The position numbers and the translations under genes are program-made. DNA of 64,000 nucleotides from the human T2T-CHM13v2.0 reference genome, Homo sapiens, in assembly GCF_009914755.1 (NCBI RefSeq), contig NC_060938.1. One strand, given 5' to 3'. Each line of letters opens with the position of its first letter. Within the stretch, counting starts at the first letter, position 1. Positions 1 through 13,843 of the stretch are shown here, piece after piece. Below the pieces are notes generated by a model. The model did no database searches. It had not been told where the DNA came from and saw nothing but the letters and a program-made list of their open reading frames with translations.

Positions 1-356
1 ATCATTTTGACCCTCAGCTAAATTTTTCTATTCAGAACAAACACAGAAACAGCTTTCTCTGACCCTCAGCAGGAAGTAGAGAAGGAGCTCTGTTTATGCC
101 TCTCACTGTACGGTGATGGATTCTTAATTTAAGCCCTAGAAAACAGATTTATTTAAAACTCATCAGTGGCAAAAGAAAAACCATGCTTTCTTCCTTTAAC
201 CACCTGTGTCCATTATTTACCCCATTGTTTTTAGTCAGACAACCTGTGGACAAAGAACAATTTGCTTCTTGGTTCAAGTTCAGGCTTTGCGAAGCAAGAC
301 AGAAAATCACTACCAGCTGAAAAAAAAAGTTCAATTATTTATAGGAAATGATTAGA

Positions 357-669
<313 letters not shown>

Positions 670-1150
670 CTACCCTGCTCCTATGGTCAGTTGTCCACAG
701 TCCCCAAATCACTCCCACAATTTACATTTCGTCGGCAGAGATTATTAAACCATCAGAACAAGCCCAATACCCTGTCACAGTAAAGGTGAATGTAAAAGCT
801 TGGAGTTCAGTGTGTCTGTGGAAAAGATCTTGAGGATGAGAGAGCAAGCAAGAGGGGTTCAACATTGATGCTCCCTCTCCAGCAGGAACTTTATCTTCTG
901 TAGAATAAGCTGTTATACAAGAAAGTGTCCCAAGAAGGACATTTTGACATTTTTAAAGCAAGCAATGGGTTCTGCGAAATGAGTCTTCTCTGCCCTCGCT
1001 TGGCAGGAAACACTTCCATTCTTCCCAAGTATAATCTCTTAAAAACGTTGGTCTTTGTGTCCCCACAAATAAGCCTTCCCATTCTCATTTTCCACTGACA
1101 GCATCCTTGGCAATTCAAATTCTATCCATATCGCCTTAAACTTTGCCTCT

Positions 1151-3514
1151 TGTATTAGCCCATTTTCATACTGCTATAAAGAACTTCCTGAGACTGTGTA
1201 ATTTATAAAGAAAAGATACTTAATTGGCATACAGTTACACAGGCAATACAGGAGACATGGCTGGGGGAGCCTCAGGAAACTTACAATTACGTTAAAATGG
1301 TGAAAGGGAAGCAAGAACATCTTCACATGACAGAAAGAGAGAGAGAGCAAAGGGGGAAGTGCTACAAACTTTTAAACAACCAGATCTTGTGAGAACTCAC
1401 TACCATGAGAACAAGAGGGAAATCCACCCCTGTGATCCAATAACCTCCCAGCAGGTCGCTCACCCAACATTGGAGATTACAATTCAACATTAGATTTCAG
1501 TGAAGACACAGAACCAAACTATATTATTCTGCTCCTGGCACCTTGAAATCTCTGGTCCTTCTCACATTTCAAAACAGAATTATGTCTCCCCAACAGTCCC
1601 CTGAAGTCTTAACTCATTCCAGCATTAACTCAAAAGTCCAAGTCCAAAGTCTCACCTGAGACAAGGCAAGTCCCTCCTGCCTATGAGCGTGTAAAATCAA
1701 AAGCAAGTTAGTTACTTCCTAGATACAATAGAGATACAGGCATTGGGTAAATTTTCCCATTCTGAATGGGAGAAATTGGCCAAAACGAAGGGGATACAGG
1801 CTGCATGCAAGTCCAAAACCTAGCCAGGCAGTTATTAAATCTTAAAGCTCCAAAATCTCCTTTGACTCCATATCTCAAATGCAGGGTACAGTGATGCAAG
1901 GAATGGGCTCCCACACAGCTCCATCACTGTGACTCTGCAGGGTACAGCTCCCACAGCTGCTTTCATGAGCTGTAGCTTTTCCAAGCACATGATTCAAGCT
2001 GTCAGTGGATATAACATTCTGGCATCTGGAGGGCAATGGCCCTCTTCTCACAGCTCCACTAGGCAGTGCCCTGGTGGAGACCCTGTGTGGGGGCTCCAAT
2101 CCCACATTTTCCTTTTGCACTGGCCTAGCAGAGATTCTCTATGAGGGCCCCACCCTGCCGCAGACTTCTGCCTGGACATCTGGGCATTTCTGTACATCCT
2201 CTGAAATATATGTGGAGGCTCCCAAAGCTCAACTCTTCTATTCTGTGCACCCACAGGGCCAACATCACATGGAAGCCTCTAAGGCTTGGGACTTTCACCC
2301 TCTGAAGCAATGGCCTGAGCTGTATCTTGGCCCCTTTCAGCCACGGCAGGAGCTAGAGTGGCTGGGATGCAGGGCACCATGTCCTGGGGCTGCACAGAGT
2401 ACCAGGACCCCGAGCCTGGCCCAGGAAACAATTTTTTTCTCCCAGGCCTCCAGGACTCTGATGAGAGGGGCTACCATGAAGATCTCTGACATACCCTGAG
2501 ACATGTTCCCCATTGTCTTGGCTGCTAATATTCAGGTCCTCATTACTTATGCAAATGTCTGCAGCCAGCCTGAATTCCTCCCTAGAAAATACGGTTTTCT
2601 TTTATATCACATGGTCAAGCTGTAAATTTTCCAAACTTTTATGTTCTGCTCCCCTTTTAAATAAAAGTCCCAGTTTCATATAATCTCTTTGTGAATGCGT
2701 ATGACTGAACATCTTCAAAATCAGTCATGTCATTTCTTGAATGTTTTGCTGCTTATAAATTTCTTCCACCAGATATCCCAAATCATTTCTCTCAAGTTCA
2801 AAGTTCCACAGATCCCCAGGCCAGGGGCAAAATCTCACCAGTCTCTTTGCTAAGGCATAACAAGAGTGACTTTTACTTCAGTTCCCAATAAGTTTCTCAT
2901 CTCCATCTAAGATGACCACAGCCTGGACTTTATTGTCCATATCACTATCAGCATTTTGGTCAAAATCATTCAACAAGTCTCTAGGAAGTTCCAAACTTTC
3001 CCATATCTTCCTGTCTTCTTCTAAGTTCTCCAAACTTTTCCAACTTGTACCTGTTATCCAGTTCCAAAGTCACGTCCACATTTTCAGGTTATCTTCATAG
3101 CAGTGCCCTACTCTGATGGTACCAATTGTCTGTATTAGTCTGTTTTCACACTACTATAAAGGACTGGCTGAGACTGGGTAATGCATAAATAAAAGAAATG
3201 TAATTGACATGGTTCCACAGGCTGTACAGGAGGCAGGCTGAGGAAGCCTCAGGAAACTTAAAATCATGGCAAAAGGGCAAAGGGAAAGCAAGCACAGCTT
3301 CACATGGCAGCTGGAGACAGGGAGAGAGTGAAGGGAGAAATGATACACACTTTTAAGTAACCAGATCTCATGAGAACTCACTCACTATCATGAGAACAGC
3401 AAGGGGGATATCTGCCCCCATAATCTAATTACCTCCTGCCAGATCCCTCCCCCAACTTTGGGGATTACAATTCAACATCAGATTTGGGTAGGGACACAGA
3501 GCCAAACCATATTA
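1151..3514 (-). mobile_element. Full-length MaLR provirus (THE1D/MSTA-type): LTR 1151-1526, internal 1527-3130, LTR 3131-3514
   Basis: Both LTRs read TGTATTAG...CCAAAC(C/T)ATATTA on + (reverse of TGATATGG...CTAATACA); ~1.6-kb MaLR internal with TGGTACCAATT boundary; 5-bp TSD CCTCT/CCTTT. Confidence 0.93.
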
Positions 3515-4639
3515 CCTTTTCCAGGGAGCCCTCTCTCCCTGCCAAGCCCATGTGATCTTGTCCCGCTCTTATTTTTTACAAGAGTTTCACTGTTTAGCAG
3601 AAAAGTTGACACTTGGGTGGACCTTCAATGCCTATGTTGTTATCTTGTCTCCCTAGCATCCAATTGCTTCAGTGTCTGAAACTTTGATATTGTGGTCATG
3701 ACCTACTTACTGTCCTTCTCTGCCTCAGCTGTGCCTGCTTTGCTCTGTTGGTTTTCTCTTTACTCTCACTATTTGCATGCCATTACTCTGCTACCTCATG
3801 TATTCTGTTGTCTGCCATCCCTCTGTGTGTCTTGGCTTCTACCATGTCCTACTGTTGGCTGATTCCTTTCCATGTTTCATATTCACACTTGCAAAAATGT
3901 GACCCTTGCCTACTCTGGTCACCCAGTGTACTTGTCCTCATTCTGATTAGCTATGGCACAGATGCCAGGTTCATATGGTGCCAAGAAGTGTGACCCATAT
4001 ATAAAGAACCACTCAGAAAGGGGTGGGCATGAGGTAAACACATGGTTGCTCTGGAGGACAAGTTCCACAAAGCCATTTCCACAACTCCTGACCTTTCTGT
4101 GTCTCAATATACCCAACACGGTATATGGAAACAACTGCTTAAAATGGGCTTCTATTTTAACTTTACCTAAAGCTCACTTTGCAGCAGACAACTAAGGATA
4201 TACCTCCAAGATACTAGTAAAGTTAAATTTCTGCTGATTTTTGTAAGAATCTCATATACAACATTTTTCTGTTCTATCATTTTCTTCATATATTTCTGGA
4301 ACTAAAGTCCTTGCCTCATTCAACATTTAACTCAAACTGAATGTCTTTGGGATAACTTTTCTTGGTTAAATATTTTTGGTCAGTAATGTAAAACATATGT
4401 TCATTGAAAGCAAAATATTTTCTGAGTGCTTGCATAAATTCTGACTTGCATTGCAATGTGGCTGTCACACATATTGGCCAAGGGGCCATCATGATTGTTG
4501 AATTAAATTCCATAACATTCTTAGTGTAAGAAAGAACCGTAGAAGCTGTATGGTTCAATTTTAATTTGGTATCACACCTGGAAAGTGGTCATCCAGGCCC
4601 AAAAAGGACAATTCCACTGATGGGAAGATCAACTCTTAG

Positions 4640-5690
4640 CAGAAAGACTTTTTGTACATTGACCTAAAACCCTTTTTTCTCTAACATCTGCTCATTTAAT
4701 TCTAAATAAGATTCAACAAAAAGAAAGCCTAATTTTGTATTTCACATAAAAGTCTCTTAAATATTTAAAGATAGCAACTGAGTATTTCCCAAGTGCTTTT
4801 TCCAGGCTAAACAGAGAAAATTGGCTGACTCAGAGATTCTTTTTTGCTTGGTTTTTATATAATAATCTTTTATCAATTATAATAGCAATAACAATGAGAA
4901 ATGCTCAATTAGTCCATTCATTCCTCACGTGGCAGAATTTTTAATGTTTTATCCATATCACTCTCCTCTGGATGGATGTTGTGATAGTATTTCCTAGAAC
5001 TAGACATAAATCACACTATTCAATAGGACTATGTGTAAGTCTGTAATCTCTGGATTCAAACAAAATATTCCATGAACAAAGTTCACACGCTGGGCTGACA
5101 TCAACACTTCACATGGCTGGGCCATGTTGTCTCTGCCATGTACACACTTTATTTCCAGTTTCTAGCACTTCCATATTCCAGATAGCAACCAGCCTTGGTG
5201 ACTGGCACTTATATGTTAAGGAAACCATGCTGAATGAATGGCTTATAGCCAATTCTGACCCTTAGTTCTTTGACATAAGAACCTCTTATAATCTTATGAT
5301 GCCATCCTATGATTTTACTTTTAACTAACTTTTAACCACATTAAATTTCAGCTCAACAGATTTGTTTCATTATTCTAGCCTATCAAAATAACTTTAATCA
5401 TCCATTCCTAAACTTTTAGCTCTTCCATCTAACATTGCTTCAGTCACATATTTGGTAATAATGCCTGACATATGTTGAAGGAAGCTGCTGAATTAAAATA
5501 TTATATAAGCCAGAGTCAACCACAGAGTTCTTTGTTGTGTCACTAGAACTCACTCTCCAAGCTACCATAATCCATACATCAAACTCTCCTAGTAAAGTCA
5601 GTAAACTAACACAAATCTTTCAGAATTACTGAAAGCAGAATTAGCCTGCTTTCTCCCTTTTCCACAAACGAGCATGAGATAATTTATCAA
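4640..5690 (-). mobile_element. Highly decayed L3/CR1 LINE fragments
   Basis: 5415-5560 (TTAGCTCTTCCATCTAAC...AGAGTTCTTTGTTGTGTCACTAGAACTCACTCTCCAAG) resembles the reverse-strand CR1 RT region; TTCCAGGCTAAACA near 4800 also CR1-like; boundaries rough. Confidence 0.5.
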
Positions 5691-5707
5691 ACACTTCCTG
5701 AAGTTAA

Positions 5708-6146
<439 letters not shown>

Positions 6147-6204
6147 CAACATAACTTATCTTAAGGTTACAGAGATGGGAAAGGCCCTTCCACTATATAT
6201 ACAT

Positions 6205-6206
<2 letters not shown>

Positions 6207-6246
<40 letters not shown>
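6207..6246. repeat. (CA)n microsatellite
   Basis: Uninterrupted AC run; part of the inverted copy of the MLT2 microsatellite. Confidence 0.95.
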
Positions 6247-6247
<1 letters not shown>

Positions 6248-6317
6248 ATTGGTTCTGTTTATATCTATCTAGCTATCATCTATACGCATATAGATATATG
6301 TATCATCTATATACATA

Positions 6318-6351
<34 letters not shown>

Positions 6352-7147
6352 CGAGAGAGAGAGGGGAAGAGAGATGTATTATGGAGTCCAAAGACCTGAA
6401 AATCAGGGTGGAGGTGACACAGTGAGAGGAGTGCTTACCAGTATAAGTCTCAGAGTCCAACCACCCAAGAACCAGGAGCCCCAGTGTCTGAGGGCAGGAG
6501 AAGATGGATGTCCCAGCTCAAGAACAAAGAGCAAATTTTCCCTTCCTCATTTGTTTTGCTTGTTTGTTTGCTTTGCTCTATTGGGTTCCTCAGTAGTTTG
6601 GATGATACCCATCCACATTGGAGAGGGTGATCTTTTTACTCAATCTACCAATTCAAATGCTAATCTCTTCTGGAAACACTCTCACAAACTCACCCAGAAA
6701 TAATGTTTTACCAGCTATCTTGGCGTCCTTTAGCCCAATCAAGTTGACACATAAAACAAGTTGACATATAAAATTAGCCATTACAGATTTATTGTTGCAT
6801 GCTATTTTTCAAGTTGTTTAAAGCAAGAGTTTCTCTATACAGATATAAAGATTGTTACACCTGAAGAGCCTTTCCCATCTCTATAACCTCAAGATAAATT
6901 ATGTCCACACAGAACCTCCTGTTTTGTAGGGTGCATTTGCAAGTACCACATCTACTATTTATTGAATATCTGCCTTTAAACATAAAGGACTCTGTTCAGT
7001 GAGGAATGTACCATATCTTGTGAAATGATCTTCATTACAACCTTACTCATCAAGTATTCTTCTCTCCCTGAGGAAATCAAGGCTCAGAAATGCCAAGTAA
7101 CTTACCCTGTTCTTTTATGAAATATCTGTTGTCCTGTGACTTATTAC

Positions 7148-8135
7148 CAGGGATGGCCACAAAATTTGTGAAATCCACTGAAAAATTAAAATTCAGAGCA
7201 CTTTGTTCAAACAAAACAGGAAACAGTATTCTTAAGTACACTAAAATATAATGCCTTTTCTTTTCTTCCACCCTCTCTCCCTCTATATTTTATGGTCATT
7301 TTTACTTGCTACTTAATGTTATTCTCATTAAAGAAAAATTAAAAATTTAAATTATTAACATGAATTTTACCATGTATCTTTATATTATACAATGCCAGCT
7401 TTAAATGCAAATATAAGTACATTTAATTTCTATGTGAAATCACAAGATCTCTGTATTTGAGAATTCATACATGTATATACATTTCATTTAAACAGAATAA
7501 GTGCACAACTTAACTATTTTTATTTCACTTGTAGATGCCACACTCTCTACCTTTGGCTTACTGACAAATAAGGAAGGACTGAAAGGAAAATGAACTAGAA
7601 GTTATTCCTTTCATTTGATGTCATCACTTTCATAACAAGTGGTTGACTAATAGAGGGAAGAAACATGAGTGAGAAAGAATATGATAGAGTGCCTTTGTCG
7701 TTAGTGTTTTCTAGAATGCCACTGCCTTTTTTCTCTATTCAAGACAAGTTCTGGTTCCAAAGAAGTGCATGGAGAATCTAGGGCAACAGTGCCTCTGATT
7801 ATAGAGTCATTAATATAGCACAATTACTTCGTACTTCTTTAAGTCTTGCTAAACTCCAGATTTCTGGGCCACCAGAAATCTGCATTGATGAGGCATCAAG
7901 AGCTCTATATACGAATGGGGTGACAACAACAGACAGACACACTGTACGTATCTCCTCTGCCCACATGCATGCTCCGTTGTCCCATCAGATATCATTTGGC
8001 AAAACACAAGTTCAAAAATAAAATTATTAAGAATTTCAAGACAGCCACAGCAGAGTATTAAACCAGAGGCAGTACCCTTCTGATTTGGAGGCCCTGTGTG
8101 ACTTCACAGGTCATACACATATGAAGTTGGCTCTG
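7148..8135 (-). mobile_element. MER45B-like hAT-Tip100 DNA transposon (~1 kb)
   Basis: Ends match MER45 family: CAGGGATGGCCACAAAATTTGTG... and ...ATTATTAAGAATTTCAAGACAG...GGCCCTGTGTGACTTCACAGGTCATACACATATGAAGTTGGCTCTG; decayed 8-bp TSD CTTATTAC/GTTGTTGC. Confidence 0.8.
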
Positions 8136-8189
8136 GTTGTTGCCACCAATCATTGGACTCCTGCTTGCATCTGAGACCTCCTCTCTGGC

Positions 8190-8640
8190 TCTTCGTTCCC
8201 CTGCTTCCTACTCTCCAGACTCGGCCATTTTTAGTTGTTAAATATTTTCAAGCAATTTCATGCCTCAGCTCCTTCACACGTGCTGTTCCCTCCACCTGGA
8301 AAACCTGTCCCTGTGGTGTTCACATGCTCCTCTGCTTCTCATCGTGAGGAAGCAGATCCAATGTCCACTCTTCAAGCTTTCCCCAAGTGCTCTTTCAAAC
8401 ACTTCCCTTTGCTCTAACATAGCGCCCTACTTTATCTTCTTTATACAACATGTCATTATCTGAATCCATCTTATTGATGCATTCACTTTTCACTGCCTGA
8501 CTCTTCCATTAGAATGTATGCTCTGGGAGAGCCACCAACTCATCTGACTTTCTCACTGCTGAGTCCAGATCCTAAAACCTGGCCTAGCACAGGGCAGGTG
8601 CTCAATCTGTATTTATAAAGTGCACATACAAATGAAAGAA
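8190..8640 (+). mobile_element. L2 LINE 3' fragment
   Basis: TGCTGTTCCCTCCACCTGGAA, CCATTAGAATGTATGCTC, CCTAGCACAGGGCAGGTGCTCAAT typical of L2 3' end. Confidence 0.7.
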
Positions 8641-8905
8641 TTAGTGAGCTTCTGCTAGACCACACCTTATGGTTCCTTCTCAATAAATATCAATTAAATT
8701 ATAAATGTGCATAAGATGATGAATATAGTGGAACTCAAGGTCCCTAAAAGAGAATCATGCAAAAGAATTAACTACAACAGGGATGAGATAACTTACTTAA
8801 AAACAGATATGTAGAAATGGCCACTTATTTCCCTCCATCCCCACTCATTTCCCTTTTCCTTTCCTTGCAGCAAAGACTTAATATAGAGCTGGTAACAGCC
8901 CAGCT

Positions 8906-8919
8906 GTTACCATGGCAAC
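8906..8919. promoter_or_regulatory. RFX X-box motif (consensus match)
   Basis: GTTACCATGGCAAC in non-repeat sequence; motif match only, occupancy unknown. Confidence 0.5.
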
Positions 8920-10294
8920 TGACTTTGTGGACACAAACTTTCAGCTGAGCTGAAACCACATGATGGAGAAAGAATTGTTTGGCCAAAGCCTGTGGGAAAT
9001 AATTACAATGATGACAGAGGAAAGAATTAGCCAAGTAAATTGGTTTTGAACAACTGCATCTTAGGCAGATAAGAAAATAGAAGCTAAAGCTGAATCACAC
9101 CTAAAAATATCTATCTTTACTGGAAAGTCACACAAAGTGAAAAAAAAAAAAAAGTTCCACTCTGTAAAGAAACGAAGTTAAATACAAGCTGATCTGGAGG
9201 AAATAGTGCCTTTTTAGACACTTTGGTCATTTCTAATTCAAGTTGAAACTGAACTGGCCTACCTTTGCCTGAGTTTCAATATGTTTTTATACGATTGAAG
9301 AATTCTTGAAAAAAATAATGGGTAAATCAAATATTTAAAAATCAAATCTGAATTTCAGTGCACTGGCTGGCATGGTTTATAAAGAAACTTTGGGAAAGAA
9401 ACTTAACTTCTGTTAAGTAAATAATTCCTTTTTTATAGGAGTAGACACTCCTTCATGCATAGATCTTATAAGATTTTATATGATAAATATTTTAAAGCCA
9501 GATTCCCCCAATGACCAAACCAGCATTATTTAACTGGTTATTTTCAAATGATGTCATCTTCCTGGATCTCAGTTTATTCATGTGAAACGGAAAATTAAGA
9601 TTTTCCAGCCACCGACCTCACCTTTCAACTTCTCTGCTTCTTAAAGTTCTCTGTAAAAATACACACAAACCAAATACCCTGAAAGTTGCCAAACTTGCTC
9701 TTTATTTTCTCGTACACATTTCCCCTCCCCTACATTTCTCCCTGATCACTGTCAAGCATAGACTTCACCTTTTGTGCTCTCAGAAGGTGGAGAGGTTTTG
9801 ATTTCTGTATTTAGGGACTCTGTTTCCTTGATTCAATTCATGAAATTAAGCAACAACAAAATATCTTATTTAAACTAAGATAATGGCTTCTCAAGGAATC
9901 ATTTCAGGATTTTCGAAGAAACGAGATTAGAGAAATTCAATAAATGTATAACCACCTAAACCATCTGTATTAATAAATTAAAGTCTCTTTGGACAGGCTT
10001 CCATTAAAGAAGGAGCAACTCACACATGGGTGTATCAAAACAGTGACTCGTTCATTTCTTTATATGCTTCCAGGAATGGTCAGTTCTTAGTTTAGCAGAG
10101 ACTGTGATTCACTGTATATATTTATGTTATATTAAGCTGATTTTTCTAGATTCTTCAAAGATACTACAAGGCAAGTTTCATTGTCATGGAATATTCAAGG
10201 ATCATCTATATCAATCGCCCATGTTTCTAATACTTCTTTCCTTCTTATCCTTCCCTAGTAGTTTTTTTACCAGTCATCCTGCAAGGTGCACCCT

Positions 10295-10640
10295 GAAACT
10301 CAACTCAGTTCAATCTAATAGTTATTTGTTTGTTTTTAGCAGTGTGCTTGGCACCAAGGATAAAAGAGAGACAGAGCTATAGATTAACCGTCTTCGAGGA
10401 GTTTGCAATCTAACTGAAAAATGGATCTGGGCCAGGAAATAATTCAATAATGGTGGATGGATATGAAGATAGAGGAACAGGCTTTGATTCAGAAATCTGA
10501 ATTTCAGAAATGATGCTGTTCAGAATGGTGGAGAGACTTCAAGGAGGGGAAGAATCTGAATTGGACTTTCAGGAATGAGAAGAATGTAGTCAGCAGGGAG
10601 GAATGGGAAAAGTATCTGTAATTAGTAGAATCATTAGAAG
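10295..10640 (-). mobile_element. L2 fragment
   Basis: GTGTGCTTGGCACC...CTTCGAGGAGTTTGCAATCTA followed by purine-rich L2-like sequence. Confidence 0.55.
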
Positions 10641-12941
10641 AAGGACCCAATTCTAACGCCATCTGCTCATCTCAGTGATTGCCGACTGTGCCACCGAATA
10701 CCCAGTCACTAAGTCTTTATCTCCTCTCTAGTCTATTTTTATGATGGTCTATCTTCTCCTAGGCTCTCCTTCCCCAGGGAATATTGCATCCTGCCTTGTA
10801 ATCACCATAAAACAAACTATGGCCACATCATTTCCATGTCCAAAATGCTTCAGTGGCTCCAACATCCAAAAAGAATTGAAAAACTCCAGTAAGTTTATTA
10901 ATAACTCACAGCCACATGTATTCCTTCCTTTATCTTGCCTCTTTTTGCTCTGTCCCAAGTGGCAGAGCACAGGAGATGTGATCCCTCACCCCCTTCCTCT
11001 TTTCACAGGTTCCCAAGTGCTTTCTCAAATATTCAGTCCATTCTCCTATCCTCCCTCATCCTCTCATCTCTCTGCAGTTACAATTCTCTTCCAGAAGTAG
11101 AGCTCTGCCCTTCCCAAGGGAATTCCAGATGGTCTTCCGATTTTTCCAAACTGCCTTCTCATCCCCTTATCCTGATTTGCACAACGGGAGCAGGCAAGAG
11201 GATCCCAAATTTCCCTTAGGCAGTGAATGAGGAAAAGGCAATGAAAACACTTTAAGATTTTCCTGTTGAATATACTAACTCATTAAACAACCCAAGAGCC
11301 TTTTGAGGTAGACTCAATTATTACAGTAAGTACAGGGCCTGAGGCCAAGCTAGGCAGAAAAGAAGGGATTGTAACTTCAGTCTCTTTGACTACAATTCAA
11401 GGTCCTATCCATGACAATACACTGTCTCCTTTTTTGTGCCTTTCACAAATAGGTTTTCAAAACAGGCTTCAAGAAAAAGTGCCAAACGGTGGCTTGATAG
11501 CTCCTAGATTTCAGAGAACAGACACAGGATGGTTGAGTGGATTTTTCAGTAAGACAGTGAATCTGTCAGACAAGCAGAGAGGAAGCCCAGACGCCCAGCC
11601 TTTGCAGCTTCCTCAGACAATTTAAACAGCTTTAGAAACTTTTCACTTAGGGAAATTAGAGGCTTAATACCAGCAACACTGAATGTTTCTCAGGAGCTTG
11701 TCTTTCTAGAATCTGTAGCAGCTGTGTGCAAATTAATCAGTGATTTGCAGGCGACACAGAGTGGAGATTGGGGAAACAGCTGGGCATATTTATGAAAGTT
11801 TGTCAGGGATGTAGCAGCGTGTTCAGAGGTAACTTCTTCCTTAAGTGTCATTTTGCTGGCAAAGAAAAGGAACAAGTGAGACATATCCTGCCTGTGTCTA
11901 GAGGATTAATTAAAGCCTGGCAGAAATCTGAAGCTGAATATCTCTTCTCCTTCTAATTTAGATGAAAATGTACGTGAGAAGGTCTGCAGAGCCAAACTGC
12001 ATCAGGCATGGGCATAGTGCTGATGGGCAGCTCATCTGATAATGCCAGTGGCATTCAACTTTGAATGCGTGCTGCCCGACGTGGTGCCCTGCAGCAGATT
12101 GTGACACTCGGCCAGGGGTCTGATTTGAAGTACCATGGCCCAAGCCAGCCTCATCTCTGCCTGCCCCTCCCACTGTACCTTTCCTCTGATTCCAGCCTCC
12201 ACCCAAATTCACAGAAAGGATGAAAGAAACCACACCAGAGAATCCGCAGTGGGTCTAAGTCAACCTAACATGCCATGACTCACTTTTTTTAAATCTCTAA
12301 ATATATATGGAGAAAGCACAGACAATAAAAAGAAATCAACAGCACACACACTGAGAAAAGGGAAGGAACTCTTTTCACAAAACTCATTGACAAGCAGTGA
12401 TAACCTACTTTTGGAACCTTTGTTCTGTGTTAAGCGCATTTGCTCACTTAATTTCACCAATTTATGTGCCTCTGTCATAACAATACCCTGCTGTTTCTAG
12501 AACACTTCCGATTACTGAACTGGTATCTTCTGAAAGGTGAATCCACTCCCATTTCTTGAACACTCAGGGGGAGACCATTTCCTAACATTTGCTTCAAAGC
12601 CAAATGTCAGGCCCTGTCAATTGTTTTACATTTTGTTTCACTGCTGGACTCCAGATTTTGCATTTATCTATTATTGAACAATTCAATTTTAGGATCTAAT
12701 TATGATGTCAAGAAGTAACTAGCCTAAACCCAGGTGAGAAAACCTAAGGCATAAAACAGTGCAACTTCCAGTCTCATCGTTGGATGAAAGAGAGTAGCAG
12801 ATGGAACCTGAGCTCCTCCAGTCCAGGGTACAAGGTTAACAAGAACTCTTCTGTAAGACTGGACACTGAGGAAGCCATTAGTTAGTTAATATCTGAACTA
12901 GAAGGAGATCAAGAAATAGAGTTCTAGCACAGGCCTAAAAA

Positions 12942-13126
12942 TTGGGTTGCCAGATTAAATACAGGATGTCCAGTTAAATTTGAATTTCAGATAAAATGAC
13001 AAATAACTTTTGAGTTCAATAATCCTAGATATTACATGGGACATGCTTTATACTCAAAAGTCATTCATTGTTTATCTAAAATTCAGATTTAACTGGGCAT
13101 CTGTATTTTTAAATCTGGCAACCCTA
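12942..13126. mobile_element. MER53 palindromic MITE (hAT-like)
   Basis: GGGTTGCCAGATT...AATCTGGCAACCC terminal inverted repeats; internal arms CCAGTTAAATTTGAATTTCAGATAAA / TTTATCTAAAATTCAGATTTAACTGG. Confidence 0.9.
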
Positions 13127-13164
13127 TCTGTTAAGAAGGAAAATGGGAAATATTTGGCCGTGTC

Positions 13165-13843
13165 TGAAATTGCTTCTGCAAAATATGACGGAGACAGTGG
13201 AAGACATCTCATTTCACGGACTCCATCTTGCTTCCATCCTCCAAGCTGTCCTTGTTCATTCCTGGGTGTAAGCTGAACTAACTTAAGGAGAAACTTAGTT
13301 TGTAGTTTACAGTTTAAACAAAGACAGTAACAGCCCTTTCCCAAAGCAGACTTCCTTCTTGCCTGGGGATTAGACTAACATTAGCTACAATATTAGAAAT
13401 TATGGTTTAGGAGTCATGCAGCTGGAGGTTACAAGATTCTGACCCTCCATAAACTGCTCCTAAGATCAGTGCTTGAGATATTTTGTAGACCCTGCACTTG
13501 ATGGATCAGTTGGCACCACCCAGATCAATTAACTGCCCCATCTGATCTTGTGGTCCCCACTCAGGAACTGACTCAGGACAAGAAGACTGTTTCGACACCC
13601 TCTGATTTCATCCCTGACCAGTCAGCATTCCTCGCTCACTGGCTTCTCCCACCCACCAAGTTATCCTTAAAACTCTGCTCCCTGAATGCTCAGGGAGACT
13701 GATTTGAGTAATAAAAAAAACTCCAGTCTCCTGCACAGCCGGCTTTGCATGAACTACTCTTTCTCTATTACAATTCCCCCATCTTGATGCATCGGCTCTG
13801 TCTGGGCAGCAGGCAAGGTGAACGAACCCCTTGGGCAGTTATG
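13165..13843 (+). mobile_element. LTR8 (ERV1) solo LTR
   Basis: TGAAATTGCTTCTGCAAAAT...GACTCCATCTTGCTTC...CCAAGCTGTCCTTGTTCATTCCTGGG; AATAAA at ~13710; ends GGGCAGTTATG; 4-bp TSD TGTC/TGTC. Confidence 0.88.

Noticed and set aside
13030-13062. miR-1302 family gene in MER53
   Set aside because: Several differences from the recalled mature sequence and a decayed partner arm; cannot be called without reads.
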